Below are positions 59,323 to 64,000 of a stretch of 64,000 nucleotides of DNA, piece after piece. The DNA is taken from positions 7,440,001-7,504,000 of the forward strand of contig OX442314.1 of the NCBI GenBank assembly GCA_949358305.1. Reading direction: 5' to 3'. The notes under the pieces were generated by a model. It saw nothing but the letters and a program-made list of their open reading frames with translations, made no database searches and had not been told where the DNA came from. The position numbers and the translations under genes were made by a program. Source of the stretch: Strigamia acuminata (lineage: Eukaryota). Every line of letters begins with the position of its first letter. Position 1 is the first letter of the stretch.

Positions 59323-62300
59323 ACACCAAAGCACGAGAAGCTCCGCAGCCGTGTTGAGGTTGTCCGTTGGTGCAAAGCCGAGGGATATGAATATAAATCG
59401 GAATTGTTTAACTTCAAAGATGTGACTATCGGTTTTGCTGGTTGCTGCTCTGTCGAGCCGGACACGTACGAAGAAGCGGTCAAAGGCGCCAGCAAACCTG
59501 ATTGGGAAAACGCGATGGAAGACGAAATAAATATCTTCAAAGAGCGTGAGGTTTATGTCGAAGTCGACAAAGACCAAGTTAAAGACAAAACCTTATTGGG
59601 ATCAAAATGGATATACAAGTTAAAAAGGGATCACACGGGTACGATTAGAAGATATCGTGCTCGTCTCGTTGCACAAGGCTTCAAGCAGAAGCCAGGCATT
59701 GACTTTACTGAGGTATTTTCCCCAGTAGTCAATTTTGTGTTAGTCATGATGTTCTTCTGTGTCTTAGTGGTACTGAGGGGCTGGCGTGACGTACACCTTG
59801 ACATTAAGGCCGCATACCTATATGGGGACCTCGACGAAGTGCAATATATCCACATCCCAAAAGGATATCGAACGACTGAAAACCAACACAAATGTTGGGA
59901 ATTGAGAAAGTCTCTTTACGGGCTTCATCAGTCTGGTCGTATGTGGTACCAGCGACTCCACGACCAGCTGATTGAAATTGGATTTGAACCGGTCTTGGGT
60001 CTCAATTGCGTGTATAGCTTGGGCACTGACGCTATACTTATTTTCTATGTCGATGACATTGTATTGTTTTCAAAAGACAACATAGCAGAGGAGTGCGTTT
60101 TGGATTGGATTCAACAATCATTTGAGATTGTCAATTTGGGCCCCGTCACCCTTTTGTTAGGGATAGAGTTTTGTAGGGACGGGGAGAATATCTTTATTCA
60201 TCAGCGCGCTTATATTGCAAAGTTGTGTAAGCAATATGGGATTGACTCTTGTCATCGAGTTAGAGTGCCTGGCACCCCGGGCACCATGATCCAAAAGGTT
60301 CAGACGGGGGAACGTGTCAATTCGAGTTTTCCGTATCGGTCTCTTGTCGGCAGTTTGCTTTTCATCGCAAGTCGTACAAGACCCGATATTTTGTTTTCGG
60401 TGATAGTGTTGTCTCAATACAACGAGACTCACTCGACTCGACACGTGAACATGCTGCTCCAAATCCTGCGATACTTGGGGAACACGCCAAATTTCTCTAT
60501 CAACTTGGGAAACTGCCAAAGCGAAAATTTGACCGTTTATACGGATGCGTCCTTCGCATTAGACCAGGACAAACGTCGAAGCTTTGGTGGGCACATCATC
60601 TACCTGGGAGGTGTCCCAATCTCATGGAACTGCCATAAGCAGACCATTACAGCACTTTCCATTATGGAAAGCGAATTTTTGGCGGTGGTCGATGGTGTAA
60701 AGGAGATAATTTGGTTGGAGCGCATATTTGGTGCGGATGTGATGATGGATGGGCTCAACCGGGAAATACCATGTGTTTACGCTGATTCAATGCCAGCGAT
60801 CCAATATGCGAAGAATCGCATAGAAAATCGCGCAAACAAACATATTGACGTTAAGTTGCATTTCGTGCGCGACTGGTTTGAAAAAGGTGTTTTTCGAATC
60901 AGACATATCCCGGGAACCCTTAATGTAGCCGACCTTATGACCAAGTGGCTATCTCGCGCAAAACTAGATGCATTGTGCGAGCATATTTTTGTAGCGGCAA
61001 AGTAGTTCATCGAAGGGGGATTTGTTGGTTTGCGATGAATTATTTGCGATAATCATATTTGTTGTGCATTTCCGAGTAGGCACAATAAGCGCGTTACTTC
61101 ATATATTGGTACGAATGGTCAGCCAGTTGATTCTGCTTTTTAAACTACGCTTGTTTCGTACTCCAACTGGCTGTGTCTATGTGATAACGCGCGTCCCGTT
61201 GTCTGCTTGTTAAGCGATGATCGTTTAATTTGGTTTGGTATTGTTTATCCATTACTTTAGTCTTTACGTTGTATTATTGTAAAGAATAAATCTATTTGGT
61301 TATACTAATAGATTTGTTCTCGTTGTTACTCTGTAACCTGAGTTGAGATCAAATAGCCTCAACCCAGATCACTTGTTTTTATGCTTTCATGGTGAATAAA
61401 GATGGCGGTCGCGTGTTGCGAACTAACCGCACTTTATAATCGGTTTGCAAGTTATTTCCGCATGCTCCAGGTCCAAATACGCTCTTCAGAAAGCACGCAG
61501 TACGACGCCGACGAGGATTTGCGGGCGTATTGTCGCCACTTCAACTTAGATGTACGTTTCTTCGGTTCGCTGACCGAAGCCAAACAGTATATGGCTCGCA
61601 ATCAACAGCCGGGAGGTTCGTCCGACCGTTCCGGCCGATCAGCGGACGAGTTGGAACTGAACCGCGGAGGTATCAACGGAGGGCCGCCGGCAACTTACGA
61701 GAAGTCGCGTGACCTGCCACCCGCTCCACCTCCATTACGAGTCGTTAATCCTACTTCTCCAAGTAAGGAACAAACGACGGAACCAAGTGCATCGACTCCA
61801 AAGTCAGATGAACCCCTACTGGTTGAGCGTACGGACAACGTACAACGACCATCTGTAGTGGACAAAGTCGCGAGCGAGTCGCAGACCATCGTCCTTGAAC
61901 GGCGTAACCAACAGCCTATTCCTGCACTCCCGCCAGTGTTGGAACAGGAAATTCCGCCGAGGAGAGTTGTTTATCCACCTAAACATCCCTCCGAAGCCAT
62001 ACGACGTTTCCAACAAGAAATTAGGGATCAAACCTCAACGTTGAAAACCCCTGTTGATTTCAAGGCACAGCAGGAATTTCCGACTAGAAAATTTCCGGCC
62101 GATCCGATCGAACGCTTCCAACAACGAGTTCGCGACGAAGTACGAGATGTGGACCCAAATCCAATTCAACCTCATACACATTTCGAGTCACCGCGAAGAA
62201 GGCCGAACTTGCCTGCCTTGCGTCGGGAGAAGTCGCCGTCGCCAATTATTCCCCGTGCTCAAATAGGATATGAGGAATTTCGGCCAAATTACGAAGATTA

Positions 62301-64000
62301 TCGGACGAATCACGGGTATAACTCCCCCAGCCAGGGGAGATTCCGTCGTTCCTCGCCACCGCGACCAGATGAGTTTCAACGCTCATATTCGCCACCTCCT
62401 GCAAGGGGGAGTCGAAGAAATGAACCCCGTCCACCCCAGCCAGGGGGACAAGGGGGACAAGGAGGGCAAGGGGGACATCACGCCGATAATCCCAACTTGC
62501 TCCCTCCCGGTTATTTTCAACGTTCATATTCTCCACCGCCACGGAGGGGAAACAGCGCGAGTAGCACTGCTCCCACCCTGTCGCAAGACGACATGAACTT
62601 ACTAGTTCAGAGATTGTCGGGAAATGTGCGAAATACCCAATCGCAACCGCAACCAAATAGGAAATTCATCTGTAAAGGAATAGAAATCCCAGCTTTTGAA
62701 GGAAAGCAGGAAGACGTGTCAAGATTTTTGGAAGTCGTGAAATCAGTTTCAATGTTACGAGAAATAACATTGGACAACATGGTACATGAAATCATTCCAG
62801 GTTATTTACTGGGCCATGCGCAAACATGGTTCAAACAAGAGAAACGACGTTTCACAAGTTGGGAAATTTTCGAGGACGCTTTTCTAAGACGTTTCGATCT
62901 CGTCCCGCTCACGCGAGCAAGACGACTGAAAAACGTAATCCAGAGAGCTGACGAAAGCTTATATGATTTTCTGTTGCGTTTTTCCAAAGCGCAAGGGAAA
63001 ATTGCACCCGGAAGCAGAGAAGGTATAGACCACCTGTTCGATAATGTAACTGATGAAAGCTTTATGTTATTGATGAACAAGGACCTGTACGGTGAAAGTA
63101 CAGTCGAAGAAATCATTTATTTCGTGGGAAAACATCGCTGTATGTTTGAAAACAAAAAGCAACATTCGGCGCGTCTCGAGTTTGACAACAGCGAATTCCC
63201 AACATCCAATGCCTCGACAAAGGCAAAAGATAACAAATTCGCATCTAAACCATCACTCAAGAGTTCCACTGTCGGTTATGAACCAAATACCCAAGTGGAA
63301 AGTGACATTGAAGTTGATAGTGGAGACGAAGAATCGATGGAGACCATCTATATTAACCACATGGAGACCAAGTCCGGGAAGTGTTTTTACTGTTATGAAA
63401 CAGGGCACTTCAAACGGGAATGCCCGAAATGGCTAAATAAGAATAAAGCAGATTCCGCAAATAAACGTCCGGCGAGCTCACAAGCTACGCCCGATGATGT
63501 AAAACGGCCTAGACCTAACTGGGTTACGACCGAACTTCTGGACAAGAAACTAGGCGATTTACAATCAACATTGCAGTCGTCTCTTCAAAAGTCCCTTCAC
63601 AGCTCAGTTACCGATCTACTTACAAAATTCTTGAAAGCTCCTACAAGCTCGACAGAAAAAGCAGAGGAGTCAAAAAACTGTTAAGGGGGGTTGAACCAAC
63701 CATTTCAGCCCCCATTAAAACAGACCCATTCGATTTCTCGGAATTTTCAGATGATTTATTTGAATTATCTGGAAAGGATCAGAAACCCCCACCAATTGAA
63801 CTTGCAACCCAATTAAATAAGGAACTATTCAAGTGGGACGACTTGAACCTTGATTTAATTCCTACAACGGAACGCGCCAACAGTAATACTGGTGGCGTGA
63901 GGGAAGGAATCGATTCAATGACGAAACAATTGGAGGGACTCAGCATCTTCAACCACGGTGGAAAATGGAACGTGAAGAAGTTCAGTAACCTTCGACGTTT
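59323..64000 (+). repeat. Near-identical duplicate of 43706-48383 (Copia 3' half, LTR, Gypsy gag, start of pol)
   Basis: Offset 15617, with the same Copia/gag junction and TSD. One coding difference seen (YNFP versus YNSP). Confidence 0.95.

Noticed and set aside
59083..59577. ORFs spanning the N run
   Set aside because: Artifacts of the scaffold gap.

Overview
AT-rich, intron-containing invertebrate DNA. An arthropod is likely (myriapod or chelicerate); this is inferred from the MBD-bearing Copia and the DEG/ENaC expansion. The left half holds three minus-strand copies of an unusual DEG/ENaC (pickpocket/ASIC-like) gene in which two complete channel subunits are fused head-to-tail. One copy is intact (11 exons, ~796 aa, 28661-23244). 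Two near-identical partial copies come from an 11,630-bp tandem duplication whose breakpoint lies in a Ty3/Gypsy pol gene. The right half holds a complete, young 22.2-kb Gypsy element (35682-57861; 1701-bp LTRs, ACGT TSD, tRNA-Gln PBS, -1 frameshift). An intact Ty1/Copia carrying a methyl-CpG-binding domain is nested in its gag. Both Gypsy elements have related pol proteins, and each carries a large, sense-strand, non-env ORF3 after pol. Each ORF3 has a predicted short first coding exon and hairpin-rich introns, but the two ORF3 proteins look unrelated. The spacers contain many non-autonomous DNA elements (hAT, piggyBac, pogo/Tigger-like, Helitron-like, foldback) and minisatellites. After a 200-N gap, 59323-64000 repeats 43706-48383 and is probably a haplotig or assembly duplicate. 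All alignments and splice models were made by eye.
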